Below, piece by piece: positions 1-16,785 of a stretch of 64,000 bases of DNA (its first letter is position 1; every line of letters begins with the position of its first letter). The DNA is taken from NCBI RefSeq assembly GCF_009914755.1, contig NC_060926.1, one strand, 5' to 3'. The translations under genes and the position numbers were made by a program. Below the pieces are notes generated by a model. The model had not been told where the DNA came from, ran no database searches, and worked only from the letters and a program-made list of their open reading frames with translations. This DNA comes from the human T2T-CHM13v2.0 reference genome, Homo sapiens.

Positions 1-2
1 GA

Positions 3-338
<336 letters not shown>

Positions 339-1933
339 TTTTTTCATTTTTCAACAATCTTTTTTTCTGCATTCCTCAGGGACTGGATCCCAGAGTAGCT
401 CTTCTAGTTTCTCCTATTCTAAGGAAAAGTGAAATAAATACTTCACCTAATGTTGGTGATTATTTTGCTTCTCAGGGGAAGGTGCATTCTAACTTAAACA
501 CACATGATTTGATGGAATAAAATAAAAAGCCTAGAAAAAAGCCCTCACATATATGGTAAAATAAATGTTGACAAGGGTGTCATGTCTCTGTGGGAAGGGC
601 AGCAAAACTTGTTTTCCTCAGAACACAGGCAACATTCATTGTGGCTGTATTGAATGGTACTAGAAAAAAAAGTCTATCCTGGGTGATGGGGTATAAAATC
701 ACCTGGTTTCCCAGGATCATACACTTACACCATTGGAGATCTGCTAATACTGAAGGAAAGGGAAGGGCAGGAACTCCTATTCAAAATCAACCTCAGGTAA
801 AAAAGATGTACTGTGGCCATGAGGAGGTTATTATACAAAAGCAAGGGTACAACTGGCAATTAACATTTGACATCATCAATTTTACTGGAATCTTTAAGGA
901 AGTCTTGCACTTTTCTAAAGTAATTTCCAACCCTAAAATTCTGTAATTTATTTTATGTTTGTACATTTTGTACAAAAACAAAATAAATAATCAACTCTTT
1001 AATTCAAGGTTTACTATCTGTATTACATTTTGTTGCACTTTTTAAATGTATGAACTAGAAAAAACTATATATTTAAATCTAATTTCTATCAAACTCGATT
1101 GAATTTGATTGTATGATAAGCAACTGTTAGATGAAGTAATCTGTAAACTCAAGCAATTGTTCTGGGCCACTATTGTATAAATTCTTATACTAGGCATGAG
1201 AATGTACTACCCCGTTCTCCTGAGAGTTGATTAGTTTAATTGTGACTATATATAATTCAACTATTTGCTTCATATTGCCAAACTTCTGCTTAAAAATTTT
1301 ATACCAGTTTACAGTTTCAATAGCATTACATTGGTCCATTTTTTTGTATCTTCCTCAATGTTGGGAATTCTTCATAAGTTTTAATTGTTTGATAGGTGAG
1401 TATTTTATCTCTCTGCTTAATTAGTATTATTTTTACATTATTTTATTTTTGTCTTGTCTTTTAAATTTATTTCTTTGTAAATTATCTACTGACAATTATT
1501 GTCTATTAGGAAATATATCTTTAAAAAAAATTTGTAAGAACTCAGAGAGAAGGAAGAAGCCCTGGATATCAAACTGAGTATAGTAATGCAACTTAAAATT
1601 GTCCTTCTCGTTCCACTATTATATACAACTTTCTTACTTGCTTGAGAGAAAATTAAACCAATATAAATATTACTTGAAGAGAGTTCTCCCATAATGCAGC
1701 TATAATGCTCTGCTATATCACTAGAAGAATTTTCAGCACCATGGACAGCCTCAGAGTTCATCACTGTTTTCAAGATTATATTGAGGAAAAAATGAGTAAA
1801 TTTATGAAATTTCATCAAATTACCTGAACTTTCCAGATTATTTATCCAGTTCTACATTATATTTCATAATGCACTGATTAGAAAATTTTGTATATTTTCT
1901 TGAAATGATATTTTAATTAAAAATTCTATTGAA

Positions 1934-2221
1934 GGCTGGGCCTGGTGGCTCACGCTTCTAATCCCAGCACTTTGGGAAGCCGAGGTGGGAGGATCATGAG
2001 GTCAGGAGTTCAAGACAAGCCTGACCAACATGGGGAATCCTCGTCTCTACTAAAAATACAAAAATTAGCTGGGTGTGGTGGCGCCCGCCTATAATCCCAG
2101 CTACTTAGGAAGCTGAGGCAGGAGAATCACTAGAACCCGGGAGGCAGAGGTTTCAGTGAGCTGATATCATGCCACTGCACTCCAGCCTGGGTGACAGAGT
2201 GAGACTGTCTCAAAAAAAAAA
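1934..2221 (+). mobile_element. AluS SINE (Sg/Sx-like), full length
   Basis: GGCTGGGCCTGGTGGCTCACG start, TACTAAAAATACAAAAATTAGC linker, A-tail; approximate TSD AAAATTCTATTGAA / AAAATCTATTTAA. Confidence 0.95.
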
Positions 2222-2240
2222 TCTATTTAAAATAGAAAAG

Positions 2241-5020
<2,780 letters not shown>

Positions 5021-6498
5021 CAAAAAGATCATTCTAAGACTACAGTGTTCAAACGACCATTACCATAGATGGATAAATGGTCAGGCTACAGAGATATTTC
5101 TCAAATATCAATAATAACATAGCCATAATTTCTCCAAATTACAGGTCAATGACTTGGAGGAAATAGCCTTTATCAGAACTGTAAGATCATCTTGTTAAGA
5201 CTCTCACATTATCTAGTTGTGCAGTCTGAAAAAAGAGTAGGGCCAGAGAATTAGAGGAACAGTACAGCCCTCTACCCAAACCTAACAACTGTAGGTCACC
5301 TAAATCTCAAAACCAGTATTCACTCCACCATGCTCTGATGGTAGGTATTCTAGTTATTCTTACATCTGCGGGGACTTTTTTTTTTAATTTCAGGTTAGGT
5401 GGAGGCATCAGAGCATGCTGCTATGCTGTTCAGCATCTCCTCGAAAAGCAGGTCCAGTTTTTCTGCAACTAGTGGCTTTTCTCCAGTTTTGCAATCATAG
5501 AGACCAACCTTCATGGGAGGTAGTTGTGAGCTATGGATTCATTTCCCTTGCAACAAGAACAATGTCATAAAAAGCTTTCTGGTAGTTTTGCTTGCCTGTT
5601 ATAAGCTGTGGCAAGCATTTTAACCATGTTACTAGAGGTTTCCATTACCTTAAGTGACATCTTGCATCGTTGGTGCCAGCATAGCTTGTCACTCAGTACC
5701 ATAGACCCACATCTGCCTCCCTCCAGATCTGTCCTAGTCACTAAGGCAATTTTGCTTTCTGATGAGTGATTTCAGGCTGAACCAAACCACAGTTTCTTAC
5801 TCCGTGGTTACGCAAATCACTTCCTCAATCAGAGCAGACAGATTCAGGTAGCAGCATTCATTGACTCCTGATAGAGGGAAAGCTTTCCATCTGATGAGCT
5901 GGGAATATTAAGCAGCATTAGAAAAAAAATCAAAGCAAATATGCTGAAAACGTTCGTAAATGCCACGGACAGAAACCAATATATTACTTCTTATAAATGT
6001 CCTTATCCAAGCAAACATTCTCAGGTCAAGGGAAAATAGTTATCATATTTTAATAATCTTATTTTGAGTTTATGCTAGAAGTACCAAAGACAACAAAAAA
6101 TAAAGTACATTGGCAAGAGGAATGTGAAAGATAATATGTGGTGTGGCGTAATTTAAAGATCCTAGTAGTTAAAGTCACAGTGTACTGGTTATGATTGTGA
6201 CTTTAACTACTAATTAAAGTAAATTGTCAATGTGACTATAAACAAATCACATAATCTATATAGTCCTCCATTTCGTGATACATAACATTGGGATGAATAT
6301 GAGCCCTTCTAAGACAACTTCTGATCTAACAGTCCTCGATTTTAGTCCTAAGAATAAGACAGCACCAGTCTTGTCAGAGCGTCAAGGGCTTTCTTCCCAG
6401 AAAAACTATTTCCTTTGTACTTCATTATCTCTAAAAACACTCCAACACTTTTACAGGTTAGCAGACTAAGACAGACACACATTTCAAATATATTTCTA

Positions 6499-6500
<2 letters not shown>

Positions 6501-6543
<43 letters not shown>
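6501..6543. repeat. (AT)n microsatellite
   Basis: about 21 uninterrupted AT units. Confidence 0.97.
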
Positions 6544-6546
<3 letters not shown>

Positions 6547-8174
6547 GAAAAATCTGTACTGGCAAGGCAAAGGACTTAAATTGCTATCTGCAGACACAGA
6601 CAAACACAGAAGCAAAAATAATTCCTTTGTGCTTTAGTACACATTACTAAGCAACGTATCTATTTCTTAACTTTATGTAGTGACGCATAGAGGCACTCCA
6701 AATTGGGGGTATAATTTATATCTCTTCGTTCACTTTTTAATTTTTCTATCACTTTATGCTGTTTCATAATCATGTAATTGGACACTAGTAGTTATTAAAA
6801 TTATAATGTATATTTTTAGTTTATAGATGACAAGATATCTATGATATGTTGATGTTAAAAAGATGCTACAGGGAGTTTAGATGATCCAATTATGTTTAAT
6901 TATAAATTATCAACATATATTACAAACAATTATAAATGCATACACAAATATTTGGTCTAGGAATGGTATTTGGTGATTATCATTAGAAGAGTGTAAGTAT
7001 TTCACTTTTCACTATTGTTTCAATTTATTATAATGCATAAGCATTACTTTCATAATAATAAAACCCATGATGAAAATATATGTAAATATTTCAAATAAAA
7101 GTCTAAAATCATTACAAGTGTGCTTTTTCTAAACCTTAGTAATCATATTTAGATTTAAAATATGTAAATAAATTGCAATTATTTCCTATATTTGTGGCAA
7201 AAACAAGTTATATTCCATTTTATGCAACAATATTTTCTACACAAATTGGGGTGTATCTATATAAATAATCGTTCATTTTCAAATTTGAGAAGCAATGAAA
7301 ATTACTCTCAAAAGCCAACTGCATAGTTTAATGTTGGCACTTATCTGTGAATTCCTCACCTAACAATTTTTGCTATATAGCAGGTGCCCAATGCATGTTT
7401 TTAAATAAATGATATATTTTGATATAATGAAATTATAGTAGATAATATATAGATAAGGTATCTTTAACCTTCAGGTCAAGATGAAAACTTAAATGTTAGC
7501 CCCTCTTTTTACAGATGAGGAAATGAAGACAGTTTTAAATTGCTGAAGTCTCTGATTGAGTGCCATTAGTGAAGAAAGGCACACAAGTTTTTTGTTTGTC
7601 TATTTGTTTGTTTTTCATTTCAAAGGATTTTGTTGATGTGTCTTGGAGGGAAGAATGACCTATTTCTCAGACAAGCTGCATGGCCTCTACAAAATCTAAA
7701 ATGGTTTGGCTATTAATTTATTGAAAAATAAATTCATACTTTGCTATAAAATGTTTACTGTAAAATATGTTTGAATGCATGTAAAATTTTTATAAAGTAG
7801 AAGAAATCCCATAACTTTTTGAGTTATATCACTTATATTCTTTTAGCCCTTTCTTGTGTATGTTTGTGTAATATATATGTACTTTTTTTAATCCAAAGAA
7901 TTATACTGAACTATCTGGTCTACAGTGTTCTTATTTTACTTACTGAAAATATTTGAACATGTTTGAATTGTATTAAATGTTTTTCTATAATTATATTTTA
8001 ATAAATCCTTATTATTTCATTTTATTTTATGACTGTGCTATCATTTATTTAAACTACCATGGATTTTCCCCTGAACTTTGGAATGCTAAATTGTCTTGGG
8101 TATATAATTGGAGTTTTTCAGGATGAATTATCAATAGAAGTCTTTTCTAAATTACAGAATGCTTCCAGATCCCA

Positions 8175-8352
8175 TGTATTGAAAATATTTTAAATCCAGA
8201 GAAGGGGAACAAAGAAAAGTAATATATCTATCAGTGACTGTGATCGCTTCATTTTTTACATCCTGTATTGAAAATATTTTAAATCCAGAGAAGGGGAACA
8301 AAGAAAAGTAATATATCTATCAGTGACTGTGATCGCTTTATTTTTTACATCC
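8175..8352. repeat. Tandem duplication, 2 x 89 bp
   Basis: TGTATTGAAAATATTTTAAATCCAGAG...TTTTTTACATCC at 8175-8263 and 8264-8352; one mismatch seen (GCTTCA/GCTTTA). Confidence 0.95.
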
Positions 8353-8838
8353 TCCCCAACACTTGTTATTATCTGTCCTTATAATTATAGCCATATGATA
8401 GCTTTTTAACAGAGAAGAAGAAAACTATGCCTCTGAGTCTCTGCCCTCATATACTGGTCAATATTGAGTTGTTTTCTACCTTACTAAGCTGATCTCCCAT
8501 TGATACCCAAAGATGTGGTCTACCACAGCCAAAATGGTAGATTCAACTGTACTCTTTTTTTTGCATCTGGACATTTTTCTCTTGCAATTTTTTGAGTTCT
8601 ATTCAACAACAGAATTCAACAATTTTCTGAAAGTTCTATTCAACATCTTGAAAAACTAAAATGTTTCTCATGCTTAGGGTCCAAATATTTAAAAATCTGA
8701 TTTTCCCATTCTCCCCAGCATTTCAGCTGGAAGTGATATATTCTGCCTTAGAACTTTGGTAGCACTCACTGTTTACCCTCTTCATGCATCACTTTGCATG
8801 TTATACCATATACTGTGTCTATGTCTTGCCCTCTAGGT

Positions 8839-9164
8839 CAGCAGTCCCCAACATTTTTGGCACCAAGGACTGGTTTTGTGAAAGACAACTTTTCCATGGA
8901 TGGGCAGAAGTGCGGGGAGGGATGGTTTCGGGATGAAACTGTTCCACCTCAGATCATCAGGCGTTAATTAGGTTCTAATAAGGTGCCTGCAACCTAGATC
9001 CCTGGCATGCGCAGTTCACAATAGGGTTCTCGCTCCTGTGAGAATCTAATTCCCCCTCCGATCTGGGAGGCAGAGTTCAGATGGTCATGCTCCCTGGCCC
9101 ACTGCTCACCTCTGGCCATGCGGCTGGCTTCCTAACTCCATGGCCCAGGGGTTGGCGACCCCTG
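8839..9164 (+). mobile_element. MER1B-like hAT-Charlie non-autonomous DNA transposon
   Basis: TIRs CAGCAGTCCCCAAC / GTTGGCGACCCCTG; 8-bp TSD CTCTAGGT / CTCTAGAT; TTTTTGGCACCAAGGACTGGTTTTGTG motif. Confidence 0.88.
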
Positions 9165-11409
9165 CTCTAGATTGCAAGCGCTATCTGCAGCATGATTTGT
9201 GTGGCTACAAGAAAGGAGGTGGTAAACTCTGGATTAAGATTGTAATTTTTTTCTAATTCTCTGAGATAATTTTTACATATTTCTAATTTCTTTTAGTAGT
9301 TTTACACAATTAAAATATTAGCACATGGGCTTCTAACCTAGTAATTCATTTTAATGTGAGAATATTTATAACCTTTTGATTAAAAATTCTGAGTCCAAAA
9401 CTTGTTCAGCAATTGACTACTTACAATACCTTCAGTGAGCATTAATTTTTAAAAAAATCTTTATATATTTAATAGTGTGGAAGACTTTGTAACTCTACAA
9501 TTTTCATTTATATGGAAGGGTATTGAAGTTTGGCTACCATATTTTCACTTACACAAGTTAAATTTCTCTTTAACCTCTGAAGAAAGCAGGTGAGACAAAG
9601 TATCATCATCTCCTCTTTTGTTTCAGGTAGGTCATAAACATTTTATACCTTCTTGGACATAAGAACATACAGACTCTAGATAAGTCTGTAAGCCAATGGT
9701 AGATGGCCACATATAAAATCAGGCTTTTTGCCTCAATCTCAGACCTCTAATTTGGCTGCATAATCTTGATTCAGTTCCTAAAGTATCCTGAATTTTGTAA
9801 GAAAACAGGATGTTGGCTCTAAGCCATTGCACAGCTGTGGAGAGGATTAGCCATGAAAGAATGAGAATATATACCATCTGCAGAACTTCTTTCCACCCTC
9901 ACATTCAGCTGTGCATGGGGCAACCCACTGGAAGGAAGGTGCGGTAGAAAGAGGGAGCCGGTGCAGCTGACTTTGACGTGTGGCTAATTGTTTATACTTT
10001 AAAGTCGCTAAGAAGAATAAAGTATCTGCCAGTTGTTTTTCTCTCCCCTTTTCTAACCTCCAGTAACTGAGTCAGAAACTTGGGCAATGTGAATTGTCTG
10101 GTCTAACTGCCCATCCTGACCTCATTGCTTCCATGGCAGCAGTGTGATTTGAAAGAAAAAAATGCCGTAAATGGGCTAGGTTTCCACAGCCAAAGCTAAG
10201 CAGAGAATAGAAACAATTACACAGACAGCTTAGGGAAAGACAGGTAAGGGTTTCAAGATGTATCAGCCAAATAGAAAATTAATTCATTAAAAATTGAAAA
10301 CATCAATTCGCATCACAGTTCAGTACTTGCTTTGCAGAAGGCTCTAAAAATGATGACCCCAAGTGTTAATGGCAAAGAGATAGAAAGTAACTACATGCCA
10401 CTCATTTATCCTGCTTGACTCAGACCTCCCAACATCAAACTTTTTGTCCCGATCACCCTCAGCCCCTACTGAGAAAGCCTAGAGCCACAAAACTCTCAAT
10501 CATTACCTAATCCAAAGTTTTAGGAACTCAGTCTTTGGGCAACCCAGAGAATGATTGTCAGGTGGTTTTCAGCAACTTCTCATCCTCACTTTAATTGCCT
10601 CCCCACTCTGTTCATTCCCCCAGGTTCCTTTCCTTTTCTACACTATCCTACCCAGGGGATATATCCTTCCCTAGCCTCCCAAGATTTCATGTTTTTCCTG
10701 AACATCTAAGTATACGAATTACCCTATCTGACCCACAATTCACTGCTATTTCTTTTTTTAAAAAAAACCAGATGTTTATCTTGTAGCTTGTATTAAATAT
10801 GATAATACAAGAACAGTTTTAACTCTATACTACAGGTTAAAGTTTTACATTTTAATGGGGATTAAGGTGAAACTGGGATGGGTATCTTCTAAAAGCTTAA
10901 ACCACTGGAGTTACAACAGTGTGGTAATTTCAGGCACTGTGGAGGGATAATGAGGGACCATTTTGGGGCAGGTGTATCCCTATTGCCTGTTAAGCACACT
11001 CCTGCCATTCCATGAATAAAGCTGGATGCCTGTTAAATTCGAGCAGTGTTTTATATTTTTTGTTCTTATTCTGGAGGTGAAATATGCTGTCATTATTATG
11101 TCAGGTATGTTCTTTATACCTTCTTCACCTCTAACATCTTTATTAATCATTTCAGTACTGCTTCATGTAAAAGTCTGGCAAGGAATGAATTTATTTTGCT
11201 TCTGCTCTACTTAAATTTCTATCCTCTCTTCTTTTGCCCTTCTGAGTTAGTGACCAAAGAAAATCTCCTAAATTCTCCTGCTCATAGAAAATGTGAAAAA
11301 GAAAATGGCACCACCAATGGGCTACCCTAGTGGCATTTATTTCTTTCAATAAATGTCATGAAAGACATATTTGGAAGAAAAAGAGCCTGAGCTCTACTTT
11401 AAATAGACC

Positions 11410-11600
11410 TAGGTCTGTTTTATTTCTGTTCTTTACCAATCATAAGAACGTTCCAAGATTCCTGCTCTATCTGGGCCTCAGTTTCATCATTTCTAATTTC
11501 TAACTATTTACCTTGCAATGTTATTGCTGGGATTGGAAAAAATGTATATGGAGTGCTTAATGGTGTAAATACACAGAGTACAGTGAATGATCAGTATTAT
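11410..11600 (+). mobile_element. MIR SINE fragment
   Basis: core motif CTGGGCCTCAGTTTCATCATTT. Confidence 0.45.
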
Positions 11601-11730
11601 TTGAAGGTAACTGTAGTAAGTGTGTTAGGTGTTGCAGAGATGAATTGGGTAGACCTGCTTTCCTCAAATGTTCACAGGCTAGTGGTGATGCTGAGACAGC
11701 TATGATCCCAAATATCAAGAAAACTCTGAA

Positions 11731-12030
11731 ATTATGGATTGAACTCTGCCTCCCAAATTTACATGAAGTCTTAGTCCCCGATATAACGAAAGATAGGGCC
11801 TTTAGGAGGTAATTCAGATTAAATGAGATGATAAAGGTAGGGCCCTAATGCAATAGAACTGGCATTCTTATAAAAAGAGAAAGAGACATCTGGGACAAGT
11901 ACACAGAGAGAAAAGATCATGTGAGGACACAGCAGGATGGCAGTCATTTGCAAGCCAAGAAGAAAAGTCTCAGGAGACACCACTCTACCAAGACTTTGAT
12001 CTTGGACTTCCAGCCTGCAGAACTACAAGA
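11731..12030 (+). mobile_element. MLT1-family MaLR LTR fragment
   Basis: ATGGATTGAA..CCCAAATT start; GGGCCTTTAGGAGGTAATT; ATGTGAGGACACAG; TTGATCTTGGACTTCCAGCCT. Confidence 0.7.
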
Positions 12031-12544
12031 GAACAGGCAGCTGACTTTAGGAGATTAGAGAAGGGAGATAGATTTTATGCTAGTTAGTTTCTAGATGAAG
12101 AAAACCTACATGGAAGCAAGACTTGGAGAATAAGTGAGTGTTGAGCAAAGGCAGATGGGGGACACATTTGAGCCCAAGGAAGAGCCTGCAGGTCCAGTAG
12201 GGAGATGGAGGCCCAGGGACAGAGCAGAGTAGCTCAGGGGGCTCTCTTCAGGCGTAGCATTATTTCTTCACTTTGGGAAGTTAAGCATGTAAAAAATAAA
12301 TTTGATTGTGTGTAGACACAACTTTTTGACATTAAAATAATCATAATGATAGAAAATTGCCTCCTTTCCCAGAAAGGTCTGAAGCAATTGTGCTCTGTAG
12401 TAATGTAATTCATTTCATTCATTGTGTTAGAATTCCATGTATAAAGGACATGTTTTGAAAAACAGAATTAGGTGTCATTTGACACCGCTTTCTCTCCCAA
12501 CCAAGAAAATAACAGAACTAAATGTTGTTCTTACATATAAGAGC

Positions 12545-12775
12545 TTTTGAGTCAAACAGATGGAATTAGATTTCTGGTCTCTCAACTTATTAGCTGTTTG
12601 CCTTTGACAAAATCCTTAATTGATGTGAACCTGTTTTCTCATCTACAAACATAATAATAACTCCTACTTTCTACCTTACAGACCTATGTTTATGAGAACA
12701 AAACAATGGTGTGCACGCAAGCAGTTAGTATTGTGCCTGGAATACGGTAAGTATTAACTAATATTGTAATCATTA
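12545..12775 (+). mobile_element. MIR SINE
   Basis: GAGTCAAACAGA..CTTATTAGCTGTTTGCCTTTGACAAA..GAACCTGTTTTCTCATCTACAAA..GTGCCTGGAATACGGTAAGTATTAA. Confidence 0.6.
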
Positions 12776-14639
12776 TGCTTTGGTACTTATCAGGGAAAAG
12801 GATAAAACAGGTTGTTGCCTCTATAGCAGCCATCAAATCAAAGGGGGTGTTATTTGATGAAAACCACTTACTTCCCATTTTTATCCTACCTCCCATCGAC
12901 ATTCATTCCTTTGTTCCTAGCATCAGCGTTAGGCATTTATTTTCTGGGCAAAAGCAGTGATGACTCTAGAAGTCCTTTTGAAAAATACAGATACTTACGA
13001 ACTAAGTTAAGTTGTTGGCAGTGTTTACCATACAGATTATTTCTTCAGCCAGCTAAAATGAAACTCTAAGGAAAAATACGTTTTGATAAGATTTAGGATG
13101 AAGAGACACATGTGTCATACACTCAGGGGAGCAGAGTCTGGTGAAGGGGTTTGGAGCGTGGTGCTGGGCAGCCCTGGATAGCTAAGTCAGCATCACAGCC
13201 TTGGGGAGAGGGGGGTAAACCAGAGGAGGGGAGCTCTGCAGATTGCAGTCGTCCATGCATCTCGAAAACAAGGTTGGCCTGGCTTGTCATTTTCCCTGTG
13301 GTTTTGCCTCAGTAACTAATTAAATGTAAGTTTATAATAGACTGTTTGTGGTAAAGTATAACACACCTGTCCAAATTCTCACCATTCTTTCGGAGAAACA
13401 AGCCAAGCCTCCCTACAGCTTTGCACATGGAATTCTGGGGTTCATGCATTGTTCTCTTGTCAGTACTAGATGAGGAAATCTTCCTGATTAAACTCTTGAT
13501 CCCCTGAGGAATGTTGCTTATCTTCCAGATATTAACTGATTTAATCCTCATAACAACTTTATGATGTAGAAACTATTATGTCCATCTCTCAGACAAAAAG
13601 GCTGAGACACAGATAAATCAAGCCTATAGAAGTTTACAAAAGGGATAAGGGGTAAAGTCAGGACAGTTTCCTTGTTCTTAACCATTAGACTTCTATCAGC
13701 AAGTACTATCAGACACAATAGTACTTGATTTTCCCTCTCCCCTTTTAAAAAAATCTATTTGTACCCCAAGGACAAATTCATGGTGCCATGTTAGTCTAAT
13801 ACAATACTTCCTTGTGAGCTGTTTTCTTTGCTTCTGGCTGCTACTTTGATTACATTCACTTAGTACAGCAAAGAGGAGCTGGTTGCTGATATTAATCCAG
13901 AATTGATAGAATTCTTAAATGAATAATTTTCCAAATATCTCAAACAGTGGCATTTTCTCTGAGCTCTTTAATCTATTATAGTTTTCCTACAAGTAAAATA
14001 TAACTAGGGGGAAATATATTAGAAATCCCAGGGATGTCTTATTTCATTTTTTTAAAACTCTGAGATCTTTTCTTTTCAGCTCTTCCTAGAAGAGCTGAAG
14101 TTCTAATTTTTCTCCCTAAAATTCAAATGTGTGTGTAATGGCAATGAATATACATATACAAACACACACGACATGTATACATGCATTCATATATACTCCA
14201 AAGATCTAAGTTTACTTATTTTTTAAAATTGTTCCTCCAAAAAGCACATATAGCCTAAAAACCTGGAATAGGTCAGTCCTCTTCATCCAGACAGTTCTGC
14301 CACTTGTCTTCTCCCTAATGTGCCTTGTTACATTTCATTGACCTTGGATGAGCCTTAATTACGTGTCAATAGTATGAGGTTTTTTTTTTTTTTTCTGTTA
14401 GCCTGATAACTGATTTATGAAAATGTGGAGAAGAAAGTGAGAAATGATGTCAAAACCTGGTGCAAAACATTCTTGATCTAAAAATCTCTCACAAAACATT
14501 GTTGCTTTGGGATCATTCTCATCAATTTTTATATCCTTATCCCTAACAAAGCTAGTAGAACATTGCAGATAACAGTACAGCCAAGGACCAACTGGCCCTG
14601 GGCCTAGGAGAAGTCCTTAGGCCAACTTGGCCTAGTGAT

Positions 14640-14745
14640 CCAATCTTTCTGTGCCTCAGTTTCTTCATCTGTAGCATGCAGCTAATAATAATAAATACAT
14701 AAATCTCTACCTTATAGGGAGGCTGTGAATAGCAAATGGATACAC
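14640..14745 (+). mobile_element. MIR SINE fragment
   Basis: TCTGTGCCTCAGTTTCTTCATCTGTA...CTTATAGGGAGGCTGTGAAT. Confidence 0.6.
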
Positions 14746-15301
14746 ACGTAATTAATTTATATGTTATATATGAATATATAAAATGTATATTATATACACC
14801 TATAGTTAATATATGCAGATGTGTGTATTTAAATATGGACACACATCTTTTAAGATGACTTGCACCAAGGACATGTAAGTGCTAAGTTGGTATCTGCTAT
14901 CATTATTTGTTCACTATTTGTGGCTGCCAATGAGCTTATGATACAGACAGGGAGAGATAGAGAACATATTGCATCGTGATTACATGTGTAGAATCTGAAG
15001 TTAGATGGCCTTGGGAAATTTATTTGACCTTTTAGAAGACTATCTGTCACAGTACTAGTATATATTAAAGTTCAATAATTATGATCCTTATTATTATAAT
15101 TATTAATTCATCATTATTACATCAATTTAAATAGAAATTTCCCAGTATTAGTCTTAATTGTAATATTGAGCCCACATGGAACTGTCCCTAATATAGAATC
15201 TACATTCCTATATTGCATATTGCATGTGGTTTGAATCTATTGTAAGTTTCAATATGGTCACAAAAAACTTATTAACACCCTAATAATGAGAAATCAGGCA
15301 T

Positions 15302-15658
15302 TGCAATGGACTGTTTGTGTCTCTCACAAATTTATATGTTGAAGCCTTAATTCTCAAGGTGATAGTATTAGGAAGTGGGGTCTTTGGGAGCTAGTTATAT
15401 CATGAGGATGGAGCCCTCACAATTAGGATTAGCACCTTTATAAGAAGAGAAGTTTGTTCCCCTCTCTCTGCTCTCCATCATGTGAGGATATGAGAAGCAG
15501 ACCATTTGCAAAAGAGGAAGCTGATCCTCACCACCCATTGAGTTTGCCGGCACCTTGGTCTCGGATTTACCAGTTTTCAGAACTAAGAGAAATAAATATT
15601 TGTTTTATAAGCCACCCATTCTATGGATATTGTCATAGCAGCCGGCACTGACTAAGAT
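15302..15658 (+). mobile_element. MLT1A-type MaLR solo LTR
   Basis: TGCAATGGACTG..TATGTTGAAGCCTTAA..GTATTAGGAAGTGGGG..GAAATAAAT..ATAGCAGCC..GACTAAGA. Confidence 0.8.
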
Positions 15659-16594
15659 ATACGTTTACCTAAAAAGTTTCTCTTTGATTATTTTCTGCAA
15701 TGTTTTTATTTTTCTCTGGAAATCCTTGGCTTCTGCCTTGTACTGTGTCTCTTATCGAGTTGGACACACATTATTAGCACAATCAAGTTTCTGTGTAGTA
15801 ACAGAAGATAGCAGTTCTCTGGAAGAGGATTTCCAATTAATTTCCATGCAGCAAGGCTGCTGCTGCGCTGTCCATCATTGTCAGACACTTCATTCTTCCT
15901 ACGTGACCAGGAATAACAATGAATGCTTCTAGCAAGAAAACTGCCTGCCAAATCCCGCATCTTTAAAAATGGACTCTAAGCAGACACCATATAATGAGCC
16001 TGACCTCATCTCAGATCTCATGAAAGAATCTATTAACCAACCATCAGGATGTTTATTAACTGTTCCTTACTCACACCTTAGTGGAGCATAATATGAGATT
16101 TGCTTTCTTTAATTTACTTTTACAAATAAATCAATTACCTTGTTCCGACTTATGCTTTTAAAGGACTCTGGTCTTTACCACTGTCAACTTTTGTACAGTT
16201 TAATGATATGGTAGTGTAGGTAACCATCTTAAACCATCTATTTCCTTTCCTTATATTTAGCTACAGAGAGATACATTGGCTGTTCTCAATACTTCTACTT
16301 AGATGAAAAAGGAACATTTTGCATGTCACTCATTTTTTTCAAATCTTCAAACTTCAAAGACAAGTTGGTCTGTAGATTCTTGTTTTTTCTTTTAATTATA
16401 GAGTAACTGTATGAACTTAATATTTTTTAAATGTGGTTATCTTCTAGACTGATGTGGCTTGAATTTGTCTCTTTTATCATATATTACATCATTTAACCAG
16501 TTTTGAATAAACAGAATCTAAAAACTAATTCTCTAATGCATAATAAGGTTGAGATTATTTGCATTCACATCTCCCTTAAGATTCAGCTTTTTAT

Positions 16595-16785
16595 TTCCTG
16601 CATGACCTTTACCAGACATGCAGACCTTCAGAAGCCTCAATTTTATCATCAGTGAAACAGGAATAATGATAGTACTGTCCCACAGGCTTGTTGTGAGGAT
16701 TAAAGGGAACGACTCGTTAAGTGCGTTGCAGTTCTACACATACAGTAAGGGCCCAGAACAGGTTTTCTGTCCCTTTTGTTATTAT
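16595..16785 (+). mobile_element. MIR SINE fragment
   Basis: GCCTCAATTTTATCATCAGTGAAACAGGAATAATGATAGTAC..TTGTTGTGAGGATTAAA. Confidence 0.6.

Noticed and set aside
590-1818. 118-aa and 110-aa ORFs as host exons
   Set aside because: No recognisable domain, non-ATG starts, no convincing splice or codon signal.
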